From the human T2T-CHM13v2.0 reference genome, Homo sapiens, in NCBI RefSeq assembly GCF_009914755.1, contig NC_060944.1: a DNA stretch of 64,000 bases; one strand, written 5' to 3'. The notes under the pieces are model-generated. The model made no database searches and was not told the DNA's origin. It saw only the letters and a list, made by a program, of their open reading frames with translations. Positions 30,125-43,008 of this stretch are shown in pieces; positions within the stretch are counted from its first letter, which is position 1; each line of letters opens with the position of its first letter. The translations under genes were made by a program, and so were the position numbers.

Positions 30125-33100
30125 TGACATAAGCAAGATGGTGGAATAGAAGTTTTCTATCATCAATCCCCTAAAGGAGCATCAATTTGACCACTACCTA
30201 CAAAGGAAAATACATCTGTGGGAGTCCAGAGTCCAACAGAGAAGTTTTAGCACACAGTTGGAGCACAAGATCCAGAATAAATGCACTGAAGAGACTAAGA
30301 AGAGGATGGGTAAGAGGGATGACCCTTATCGCCCCTCCCCCAAGGTGGCACAGCTCAGTGCCAAAAGAGATACCCTCACCACAATTTCTCTCACAATGGA
30401 AAGTGAGAGTGCAGTGAGTAAGCTCCTGGGTACCCCAGCTGTGCAGGATGCTGTCCAGGAAGCCCACTTCTTTCTTGCCCCACCCAGAATACTGAAGTGA
30501 TTGGCACAATTAAGTAGTTGAGGAGGTTAGGAGAAGGAAGGGGAGGGAGGCCCTGATGCTACTAACCACTCCATGACTCCTTCAGAAAGCCTGCACACAA
30601 GCCATGTGGGATGCCTTGCCTGTGTAACACCCCTAAACAGCCCCATGGGCACCCCAAATTCTCTATTCACAACACCTTCCCCCAGGCCAACTCCCCAAGC
30701 ATGACCCCATGGATGGCAAATAGAAGTGTCTTGTGCAGATAGCCAGCTCAACTCTGCAGGATTGAGAAAAGGCATAAAATATTAAGAATACCTCCCCAAA
30801 ACAAAAGCGAATAAAAGACATGGAATAGGCGTAAAAAAAAGGTTTAAGAGCATCTCAGAATCCCTAGCTGGGCTGACTGGTGAAGGTGTTTCTCTCTTGA
30901 AACTAGTTAGTAGAGACTGGAGGACGTAATTGCTTCAACTGCAAAGCCAGTAATGCAACATGTCAAAGAACAAAAAGTTGAGGAAACATGACACTATCAA
31001 AGAAACATAATAATATCCCATTAATTGATCAAAAAAATGGAGATCTACAAATTGTCTGAAAAATAATTCAAAATAATTGTTTTTGGGAAGCTCAGCAAGC
31101 TACAAAAAATATATAGACAACACAATAAAATCAGAAAAACATACATGAACAAAATAAGAAATTTAATAAAAAGATTAAAATCATGCAAAATAATCACAAA
31201 CAGATTCTGAAAAATACAATCAATGAAATGAAAAAATTTAATAGAGAACATTAACAGCAGACTTGATAAAGAATCAATCTGATAAAGATTTGAAAGAATC
31301 TGTGAACTCAAAGACAGCTCATTTAAAAATATTCCATCAGAGAAGAAAAAAAAATGAAAAGAAATAAAGCCTACAGGATTTATGGAGTACCATCTAGCAT
31401 TATGGAAGTTCAAACAGGAGAAGAGAAAGAGAAAGAAAGACACATAGCTTTTTTTTAAGAGTTAAAAACTACTCAAATCTGGGGAGAGATATAGGCATCC
31501 AAATACAAGAAGCTCAAATGTCTCTAAACAGCTTCCACTGAAAACATACTTCATCAAGATACATTATTATCAAATCATCAAAAACCAAATGCAAAGGGAG
31601 AAAATTTTAAAGCAGCAAGAGAGGCTCATCACATACAAGAAAATTCCCAAAGGTGTCAACAGATTTCTCGGTAGAAACCTTGCAGGCCAGGAGAGAGTAG
31701 GATAATGTATTTGAAGTGCCAGAATTAAAAACAAAAACAAACAAACAAAATCCTGCCAACCGAGAATATTTTACCTGGCAAAGCTGTCCTTCAGAAAAGG
31801 AAAAATAAAGGTTTTCCCAGAAAAACAAACTTAAAGGAGTTCACCATCATTAAACTTGTTTTACAAGAAATGCTAAAGGGAGTTCTACTAGCTGAAATGA
31901 AAGGATGCTATTTAGTAACATGAAAACATATCAAGGTATAAAACTCGTTGGTGAAGGAAAGGACATAGTCAAGTTTAGAATACTTTAATACTGAATTGAT
32001 GGTATATAAAAGACATAACTCTGGTATAATGGTTAAAAGACAAAAATATTTAAAAATACCTGTAGCTACAATAATTTGTTAACAGATACACAACATAAAA
32101 AGATGTAAATTGTGGTATCAAAAACATAAAATGGATAGGGAGATAAAACTGTAGAGTTTTCATATCTAATCAAAGTTAGCTGTTAGCTTAAAATAGATTT
32201 TCATAACTATACAATTTTTATGTATGTTTCATAGTAACTACAAAGCAAAAGAGCATGACATTACAGAAAGTCATCAAATCACAAAGACAGCAAGAAAAGA
32301 ACAAAGGGTCTACAAAACACCCAGAAAATAACAAAACGGCAATAGTACATCCCTACTATCAATAATTACATTGAATGTAAATATACTAAATTCTACAATA
32401 AAAAGGCAAACAGTGGCATACAGACCCAACTATATGCTATATACACTCACTAAAGCTTTAAGGATACACATAGATTAAAAATGAAGGGATGAAAAAAAGA
32501 TATAAATGAAAACCAAAAGACAGCGGGGGAGCTATATTTATTATAAGACAAAGTAGACTTCAAGTCAAAAGGTGTAACAACAGATAAAGCAGGTCATTAT
32601 AGAATGATAAAGTGATTAATTCACCAAAAGGATGTAACAATTGTAAATACATATGTACCCATCATCAGAATACCTAAACAAATATTAACAGATCTGAAGA
32701 GGACAGATAGCAATAAAATAATAGTAGAGAACTTCAATATCCCACTTTCAACAATGGATAGATTATGCAAATAGAAAATAAGGAAACATTAAATTTGAAC
32801 TATATGTTAGATCTAATGGACCTAACAGACATACAGAACATTCCACCCAACAGCAGCCAAATATACAGAGAGCCAGCTCAACTCTGCAGGATTTTCTCAA
32901 GTGCACACAGGATACTTTCCAGGATGTGCTAGGCCACAAAAAAACTCTTAACAAATTTAAGAACATTGAAATCATACCAAGTCTTTCCCAGCCACAACAG
33001 AATTAAATAGAAACAGGTGGAAAACTAGAAAATTTGCAAATATATGGAAATTAAATAACACACTCTGAAAGAAACAATGGGTCAAGGAAGAAATTAAAAG

Positions 33101-34665
33101 GGAAATTTTAAAATATCTGAGACAAACAAAAATGGAAACACAACATAACAAAATGTATGTGTGCAGAAAAAGCAGTTCTAAAACAGAAGTTAACAGCAAC
33201 ATACACCTACATGAAAAAAGAAAGACCTTAAACAAACAACCTAATTTTATACTTCAATAAACTAGAAAAAGAAAAACATACGAAGGCCAAAGTTAGCAGA
33301 AGGAAGGAAATAACAAAGATCAGAGCAGAAATAAATAAAATCAAGACTAGATAACCAATAGAAAAGATCAACAAAACTAAGCTGTTTTAGAAAAGAGAAA
33401 CAAAATTGACAAACTTTTAGCTAGACTAAGAATAAAAGAAAAAAGACTAAAATAAAATCATAAATGAAAAAAGACACATTACAACTGATACCACAGAAAT
33501 CCAAAAGATTACAAGACACTACCATGAACAATTATATGCTAACAAATTAGATAACCTAGTAGAAATGCATAAATTCCTAGAAATATACAATCTACCAACA
33601 TTGAATCATGAAGAAAAAGAAAATCTCAACAGACCAATAAGAAGTAAGGAAATTGAATCAGTAATCAAGAATCTCTCATCCAAGAAAAGCCCAGAACCTG
33701 GTAGCTTTGCTACTGAGTTCTACCAAACATTTAAAGAACTAATAACAATCCTTCTCAACTCTTTCAAAAAACCAAGTAAGAGGGAATATTTCCAAACTCA
33801 TTTTACAAGAGCAGCATTGCCTTCATACCAAAGCTAAGCAAAGGCATTGTAAGAAAAGAAAATTACTGTCCAATATCCTTGATGACACAGATGCAAAAAT
33901 TCTCAATAAAATACTAGCAAACTGAATTCAATAGCACATTAAAATGTTCATTCACCATGACCAAGTGAGATTTGTCTCCAGAATGTAAGGATGGCTCCCA
34001 TATGCAAATTTATAAATGGGACACACCACATTAATAGAATGAAGAACAAAAACCATATGATCATCTCAAGAGAGACAGAAGAAGCACTTGAGAAAATTCA
34101 ACATGCTTTCATGATTAAAAAAAGAAACTCTCAACAAATTAGGTACAGAATGCACCTCAACACAATAAAGACCTCAACTTCAATGGTCAAAAGTTGAAAG
34201 CTTTTCCTCTAACATCAGGAACAAGATAAGGATACCCACTCTCATCACTTCTTTTCAACACAGTACTGCAAGTCTTAGCCAGAGAAATTAGGCCAAAAAA
34301 AAAAAAACAAAAGAGAGAGAATTTTGGTACATTGTGTTTCCATTTTTGTTTGCCTAAACAAAAAGGCATCCAAATCAGAAAGGGAGAAGTAAAACTGTTA
34401 CTATTGGCAGATGACAAAATGTTATATATAGAAAACTGTAAATACTTCATCAAAAAACTATTAAAATAAACAAATTCAGTACAGTTGCAGGACACAAAAT
34501 CAACATACAAAAATCAGTTGCATTTCTATACACTAACAATAAAATATCCAAAAAGATATTAAGAAAATAATCCCATTTATAATAGCATCAAAAAGAATAA
34601 AATATTCAGATATAAATTTAACTAAGAAGATAAAAGACCTGTACACTCAAAACTATAAAACATTG

Positions 34666-34962
34666 GGCTAGGAACAGTGGCTCACTCCTATAATCCCAGC
34701 ATTTTGGGAGGCCAAAGCATGAGGATTGCTTGAGTCCAGGAGTTTGAGACCAGCCTGGCAACATAGCCAAGACCTCATCTTTACGAAAAATAAAAATAAT
34801 ATCCGGGCATGGTGGCACGTGTCCGTAGTCCCACCTATTCAGGAGGCTGAGGTGGGAGGATCACTTGAGCCCAGGAGGCGATTCCATTGAGCCATGATTG
34901 TGCAACTGTACTCCAGCCTGGGTGACACAGTGAGACCCTGTCTCAAAAGAAAAAAACAAAAA
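34666..34962 (+). mobile_element. AluJ-like inserted in L1M ORF2
   Basis: Alu dimer with ggattgcttgagtccaggagtttgagacc; degenerate TSD aaaactataaaacattg / aaagctataaaataatg. Confidence 0.9.
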
Positions 34963-35762
34963 TAAAAGCTATAAAATAATGATGAAGAAACTGAAGAAAA
35001 AAATAAGTGCAGCTATCTGTGTTCTGTGTTCACGGACTGAAAGAATACTGTCAAAACATCCATACTACCCAAAGTGATCCACAGATTGAATGTAATCCTT
35101 ATCAAAATTTCAATGATGTTTTTCACAGAAATAGAAAGAACAATGCTAAAATTCATACAGAACCACAAAACACCCTAATTAGCTAATGCAATCTTGTGCA
35201 AGAAAAACAAGGGTGGAAGCATCATGTGTCCTAACTTCAAATTATATTACAAAGCTATAGTAACCAAAATAGTGTGGCACTGGCATAAAAACAGAAACAC
35301 AGATCAATGGAACAGAATAGAAAGCCTAGAAATAAACCCACACATATGCAGTCAACTAATCTTTGACAAAGGCAATAAAACACACAATGGAGAAGGGATG
35401 TTCTCTTCAAAAATCGGGTTGAAAAAACTGAATATCTACGTGCAAAAAATAAAATTGGATCCTTATACCATACACAAAAACCAACTCAAAATAGATTAAA
35501 GATTTAAACATAATACCTAGACTCCTGGAAGAGTAAAACTAAAGGAGTAAAACTCCTAGAAGAAAACATAGGGAAGAAGCTCCATGACAAATGTGTTGGA
35601 AATGATTTTTTTTTTTTGATATGACAACAAAAGCACAGGCAACAAAAGCAAAAATAAGCAAGTAGGACTACATCAAACTGAAAGGTTTCTGCACAGCAAA
35701 GGAGACAATCAACAAAATGAAAGCAATCCATTGAATGGGAAAAAATATTTGCAAACTAAATA

Positions 35763-35998
35763 CTAGTTGAGCATACCTAACCCAAAAATCTAAAAGCTGA
35801 AATGCTCCAAAATTTGAAATTTTTTGAGTGCCAACATGATGCTCAAAGGAAATGCTCATTGGGGCATTTCAGATTTCCAATTTTCAGATTAGGGATGCTC
35901 AACTGGTATGTATTCTGCAATTATTCCAAAATCTGAAAAACTCCGAAATTCAAAAAACTTCTGGTGCCCAGCATTTCAGATAAAGGATACTCAATCTG
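35763..35998. mobile_element. MER46 (Tigger4-derived) DNA transposon MITE
   Basis: TA dinucleotides at 35761-35762 and 35999-36000; terminal inverted repeats ctagttgagcatacc / ggatactcaatctg; internal atgctccaaaatttgaaatt...catgatgctcaaaggaaatgctcattgg. Confidence 0.82.
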
Positions 35999-36514
35999 TA
36001 GCCAATAAGGGATTAAAATCCAAAATATATAAGGACCTCACTAGCAAAAAATAAAATAAACTAAAATAACTTTATTTTTTATAAGGGACAAAGGACATGA
36101 ATAGGACATTCTCCCAAAGATACACAAATAGCCAATAGGTAGTTATATGAAAAGTTGTTCAACATCACTATCAGGGAAGTGCAAATCAAAACCACAATGA
36201 GGTATTCCCTCACACCTCTTAGGATGGCTACTACCAAAACATCAAAAAATAAAAAGTGTTGACAAGGATGTGGAGAAAAGGGAACCCTTGTACACTGTTG
36301 GTGGAATTATAAATTAGTACAGCCATTCTGGAAAACAACATGGAGGTTCCTCAAAAAGTTAAAAACAGAACTACCATATAATCGAACAATCCCACTTCTC
36401 GTTGTATATGCAAAGGAAATGAAATCAGTACCTCAAACAGACAATTGCACTCCAATGTTCCCTGCAGCATTATTCACAATAGCCAAGATATGGAAACTAC
36501 CTAAGTGTCTATCA

Positions 36515-36537
36515 ATGAATGAATGAATGAATGAAGA

Positions 36538-36586
<49 letters not shown>
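36515..36586. repeat. (GAAT)n plus (TG)n compound microsatellite
   Basis: tgaatgaatgaatgaatgaa followed by about 23 TG units. Confidence 0.95.
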
Positions 36587-36587
<1 letters not shown>

Positions 36588-36987
36588 TTTAGCCTTTAAA
36601 ACCAAGAAAATCCTGTCGTTTGTGACAACATGGATGAACTTAGAGGATATCAGGCTAAGTGAAATAAGCCAAACAAAAAAAGACAACTACAGCATGTTCT
36701 CACTTATATATAAAAATCTAAAGTCAAGCTTATAGAAACAGAGAATAGAAGAGTGTTTACCAGGGTGAGGAAATGAGGAGATAGTGTCACAGGGTACGAA
36801 CTTATGGTTGTAAGATGAATAAATTCTGGAGGATTAATGTATTAGCATTGTGATTACAGTTAATAATAATGTATTGTAGAACTGAACTTTGCTGAGAGAG
36901 TAGATCTTTATTCTCACGACACCAAAAAAGGTAACTATGTGAGTTGATGGATTATGTTAATTAGTTTGATTGTGGCAATCATCTCAC

Positions 36988-37520
36988 GTTTTTCCATTTG
37001 TCTGTGTCATCTCTGATTTCTTTAAGAAGTGTTTTGTAATTCTTTTCCTGTTTTTGTTTTTGTTTTTCTTGAGAAGGAGTCTCTGTCACCCAGGCTGGAG
37101 TGCAATGGTGCAATCTCGGCCAACCGCAACTTCCACCTTCCTGGGTTCAAGCGATTCTCCTGCCTCAGCCTCCTGACTAGCTGAGACTACAGGCGCGCAC
37201 CATCACGCCCGGCTAATTTTTGTATTTTTTAGTAGAGACAGGGTTTCACCATATTGGACAGGCTGGTCTCAAACTCCTGACCTTGTGATCCACCCACCTT
37301 GGCCTCCCAAAGTGCTGGGATTACAGGCGTGAGCCACCACGTCTGGCCTTGTAATTCTTGTTGTAGAGATCTTTCACCTTCCTGGTCAAAAAACTACCTA
37401 CTGGGTACTATGCTTATTACCTGGGTGATGAAATAATCTGTACACCAAACCCCTGCAATTTACCTATATAACAAACCTGTACGTGTACCCCTGAACCTAA
37501 AATGAAAGTTAATAAATAAA
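36988..37520. mobile_element. Short 5'-inverted (twin-primed) older L1PA: antisense ORF2 piece joined to a sense 3' end, interrupted by an Alu
   Basis: Antisense ORF2 (ttccatttgtctgtgtcatctctgatttc...ttgtagagatctttcacct) up to ~37388, then sense 3'UTR aaaaaactacctactgggtactatgcttattacctgggtgatg...ccctgaacctaaaatgaaagtt. Confidence 0.75.
37045..37348 (-). mobile_element. AluS (Sg/Sc-like)
   Basis: TSD ttgtaattctt at 37034-37044 and 37349-37359. Confidence 0.94.
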
Positions 37521-38489
37521 GATTATATTGGTTACTTATGCAAAGCACCTTCCTTCTTTTCTAGACTTAAAAAAAAAACAGTAGAATGAGGCTAAATGAG
37601 CACATATTTGAATTTTACTATGCTAATGAAACAGCATTATACTATGTCATATTAGGACAGTTACAACACTTATTGAACAGAAAGAGTTTATTAATTTCCA
37701 CACTAATTTTGCAAATGATACTTGAGAGGAAAACAAATTCAAACACAACTAGGAATCTTGCCCCAGAACCAAGAAGCAAAGCAGAACATAAACAATATGA
37801 AAAAGGCCAGATTCCACTTCTTCTACTCAATTTAAGTGAAATGAAGATATAAACAAACTTTGTGGTGGCATTTTTTTATCTACTATATTTGATTTTTCAA
37901 AACAAAAACATCCATTTTCTATGGCCAGCTCTCTGTTAGCCAAAAATAAAAGATGCATGGCTTTGGTAAGAACAGATTTAAATGAAAATTACATGATTTT
38001 TTTAACTCTCTAAATACCTAATCTATAACTTTTCTAGTAAAAATAAAAATAGCTAATTAAATTTAAATTTAGCCTTTCTTCTTCCTTCTCACATTATTCT
38101 ACCTTCATTGAGGGAAGACACACTATATTCCTCGGGCATTCAGGCCCTGTTTGACCTCTCTGAACTACAGCTTTACTTGAAAAAGAGAATCATTATGTAA
38201 AAAGTACTCAGCACAGTACCTGACCATGGCACATGCTCAACAAATGCTAACTACTGTTATCATCCTTATTATTATCTCTTTTAGTTTTTGGTTCATCCTT
38301 ATTACTGATCACAGAATGATGGCAAGTGTCAAGTTTAGTAGGATACCGGTGGCCACCACCTACACATCTACTCCCTTCTCCTTTCCAGAATGAAATTTGA
38401 TTTCCTTCTGCTTTCCACCCACCCACAGTCATGTACATAACCCATACGCATGTCCTGTACTCATCACTGGTTCATGGGTAATCCCATTT

Positions 38490-38915
38490 TCCTCTGTCAG
38501 TGATTGATCCAGAAATAAACATACGACATTAGCCAATCAACAAAACATTGACTGAGAAGTCTGCTGGGGAGCTTCTAAAGAAAGAGTTCCTCATTCCTAG
38601 GAAAAAAAAAAAAACTAAAAGAAGATTTTTTTTTTAATTCCTCTGGAGATCTTTTTGTGATGAGTTTTCTGGCAATGCAGTAGCCACTGGGCTATCAGCC
38701 CAAGAAAGAAGCCAACAATGAAGCAACGGAGCAAGCAAGAGAAGTGGAGAACCAGGTCCTTGATGTCATCAATGGAGCCCGTGAACAAATTAACCCTGGA
38801 GTCTTCCTACCTCTGAACTTCCTCTTATGCAAAATCATGTATTTTCTTATTATTGAAGCCAATTTGTGCTGTAATTTCCGTTAACTGCAACCCAAAGCAC
38901 CCTAATCACTACAGT
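38490..38915. mobile_element. LTR16-like ERVL LTR relic
   Basis: gaagtctgctggggagcttctaaagaaagagttcctc ... ccaggtccttgatgtcatcaatggagcc ... ttgaagccaatttg...ttaactgcaacccaaagcaccctaa. Confidence 0.6.
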
Positions 38916-39020
38916 AAGGGAAAAGGGTAATAGATTTTATCAAAACTACACCAATCCAAACTTAAACTACCCTTCACTTCATAGAACAAAGCCTCTACCA
39001 TGAATACCTGAAGTTCCGGG

Positions 39021-40620
<1,600 letters not shown>

Positions 40621-42827
40621 TCAAAAAAGTAAAGGGTTCCTGAATTCAATTCAACTGATGTTTATTGAGTACCTACTATATCTTTAAGCCAATAGTCTCG
40701 TCCTCAAGGAGCTCCTAGGCTTTGTGGAGAAAAACAACCATACGAGTAGTATAAGTTCCACATCATGGCACCACTGACCTTGGAGGGAGTAAATCTTTGA
40801 AGTTGGGCATGGGAAGAAACAAAAGAGGGAGGGAGGGAGGGAGAGAGACAGAAGGCAGAGCAAGAAGTGGGGAGACAGAGAGGGAGAATGGCTGCAGAAA
40901 AGAGAAGATATTTAGCTCATCTCAGGCTTCACCACATGGATAAGGAGGGAAGGGATTCTAAACAAGAGCAAAAAGAGAAACATGCACTCCTCAAGAAATT
41001 GTGCTAAGTTGTTTACATTGCAATTATAGCAGAAAGAAAAAATAAAGTGAATGACGGTAGCTAGGACTTTCTATTAAATAATAAGAGTTGCCCAGACTTG
41101 TAGATTAATAAGACAAACCTGTGCAATTCCCATAGTGAGTGGCTGAAAACTGTCTATGAACTTGATGGCACAGGCAGGGTTTAACTTGCAAAGGTGGTTC
41201 TGAGGAAAGTCCAGGACTACATTGCTTATGCTTATTCCAGATACAAATGTTATAATTCTGATATGAAAAGCTACAAAGAAAGACCTGCTACTAAGATGAA
41301 GAATAAAATCAAAACAGGTAAGATGAGTCAGACAAAGGAGGGTATGTAAAACAAAGATAAAAAATCTTTAACTTGAGAATATTATATTTCCATATCCCAC
41401 AAAATTTACTTTTGCATGAGAAGGAAAGCATAACAGGTAGAGCAGAGGCAAATCTAAATTTTAAGGACAAGAAAGAACTCAGGTGAAACAAATGTGCAGC
41501 AAATCTTCAAATCCTTATTATTCTCTGACATGAATTTTACTAGCTATCTTAGCTATACTGCAGTAAATACTCTTTTATATATCTGAGAACACATCACTAC
41601 ATCATCTTAGCAGATTTCAATTGGGAGCCTATTAATTATTCTATCATCAATATTAGTAAACAGTGATCATTATGATAGATTACAACATATATAATTTACT
41701 AGGAAATTTTGAAGAACCAGTAAAACATTCTAGGGCTGGGATAGAGAGAGAGAAATGGAGAAACAAGAACTCCTCAGCATTATTAAACACAGCCATAACA
41801 GAGTCCCGACTAACAGGAAATGCAATGGTGCGAAGTGAGAACATCCATGATAATTAGCATAGCTGTGTGTTTCTCCTCCATAAGGAAAGGTGTCCCAATT
41901 CTGGGATGGATGGGCACAATCCTTCCAATCTGCTCCCTCCGTTAGGATTCAAGCTGAAGTCTGATTCCAAAGCCCATAAATCCCTCACCTCAATGTGCCC
42001 CTAAGTGTACTTGCTCTTCAATTCAATGTAGGTACAGGCAGACCTAAAATACCATTGTAGAATTTTAGTTGAAGTCTCTATTTCTTCAATATCCAACTGA
42101 GATTTTTTAAAACAACTATCCATGCTTTCTACTAGTCAGTATTTATTTCAATTCTTTTTCATCAAAGCTAAAAGAAAAACACAACATACAAATAAGTGTA
42201 CTTTTCATGATATGAACAAAACATTCTGAAAATAAAAATGTAAGGTATCTTTAATCGTGGCATTTTATACTGTGGGCTGGATCATGCTGCAATTCACTAA
42301 TGAGAACCATGACATACATTCAATAACAAGTTAATAAAAATGCAAACTGTTTCTACATTTTACATTTACATGTTCCCACTTTTTCTCCATGATTCATCAA
42401 TAAATCTTTTTGCCCAAATTAACCAGCCATCATGAACAGAGCTAGTTAAAATAAATACATTTGATTCAGCACTATGCCTTTCTAACCCCTCTATCAGCAT
42501 CTTTTCAAGTTAGCAGTTTGTTGTATTCACTTCTGTTTGCAGCAAGAACCTTGGCTAACATACAGGAATTGGTATATTCCATAAGAGTCTAAAAACATAA
42601 GCATCACTTCTTCCAACACAATAAGCCTGTCTTGGTAGTCTCCATACATGCTAGACCAAATGGTCGGTTGTTAAACTATTCATTAATGCTCACAGGGATA
42701 CCCAAGAGTCAAGAATATACACCAGATCATCTTAGCTTTAGATGCACCAAAACACAATGAGGAAAGCAACTGGTAATTTGTATGTGATGGGTGTTGCACA
42801 GCACCACTTTGTCCATCAAAGTGTTGT

Positions 42828-43008
42828 CTTGCTGCTTAAAGTACTGTCTGTGGACCAGCAGCACTGGCATTATCTGGGAGCTTGCGAAAATGTAGAATCC
42901 CAAGACTCATCCCAGACCCACTGGATCATAGCCTGCCTTTTAACAAGATCCCCAAGGTGATTCATACACTTAAAAAAAAAAAAAAAAAAAAAACTTGAGA
43001 ATACACCA
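42828..43008. mobile_element. MER5A-like hAT MITE with an internal A tract
   Basis: ctgtggaccagcagcactggcattatctgggagcttgcgaaaatgtagaatc...ttttaacaagatcccaaggtgattc. Confidence 0.75.

Larger units (their letters stand above)
30122..36987 (+). mobile_element. Near full-length old L1M (L1MA8/9-like): 5'UTR, decayed ORF1 and ORF2, 3'UTR; interrupted by an AluJ and MER46
   Basis: 5' start gagtgacataagcaagatggtggaatag; ORF2 peptides at 33565..33837 ([17 protein letters not shown]...[11 protein letters not shown]), 33991..34197 and 35194..35499; 3'UTR ggtaactatgtgagttgatggattatgttaattagtttgattgtggcaatcat. Confidence 0.88.
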
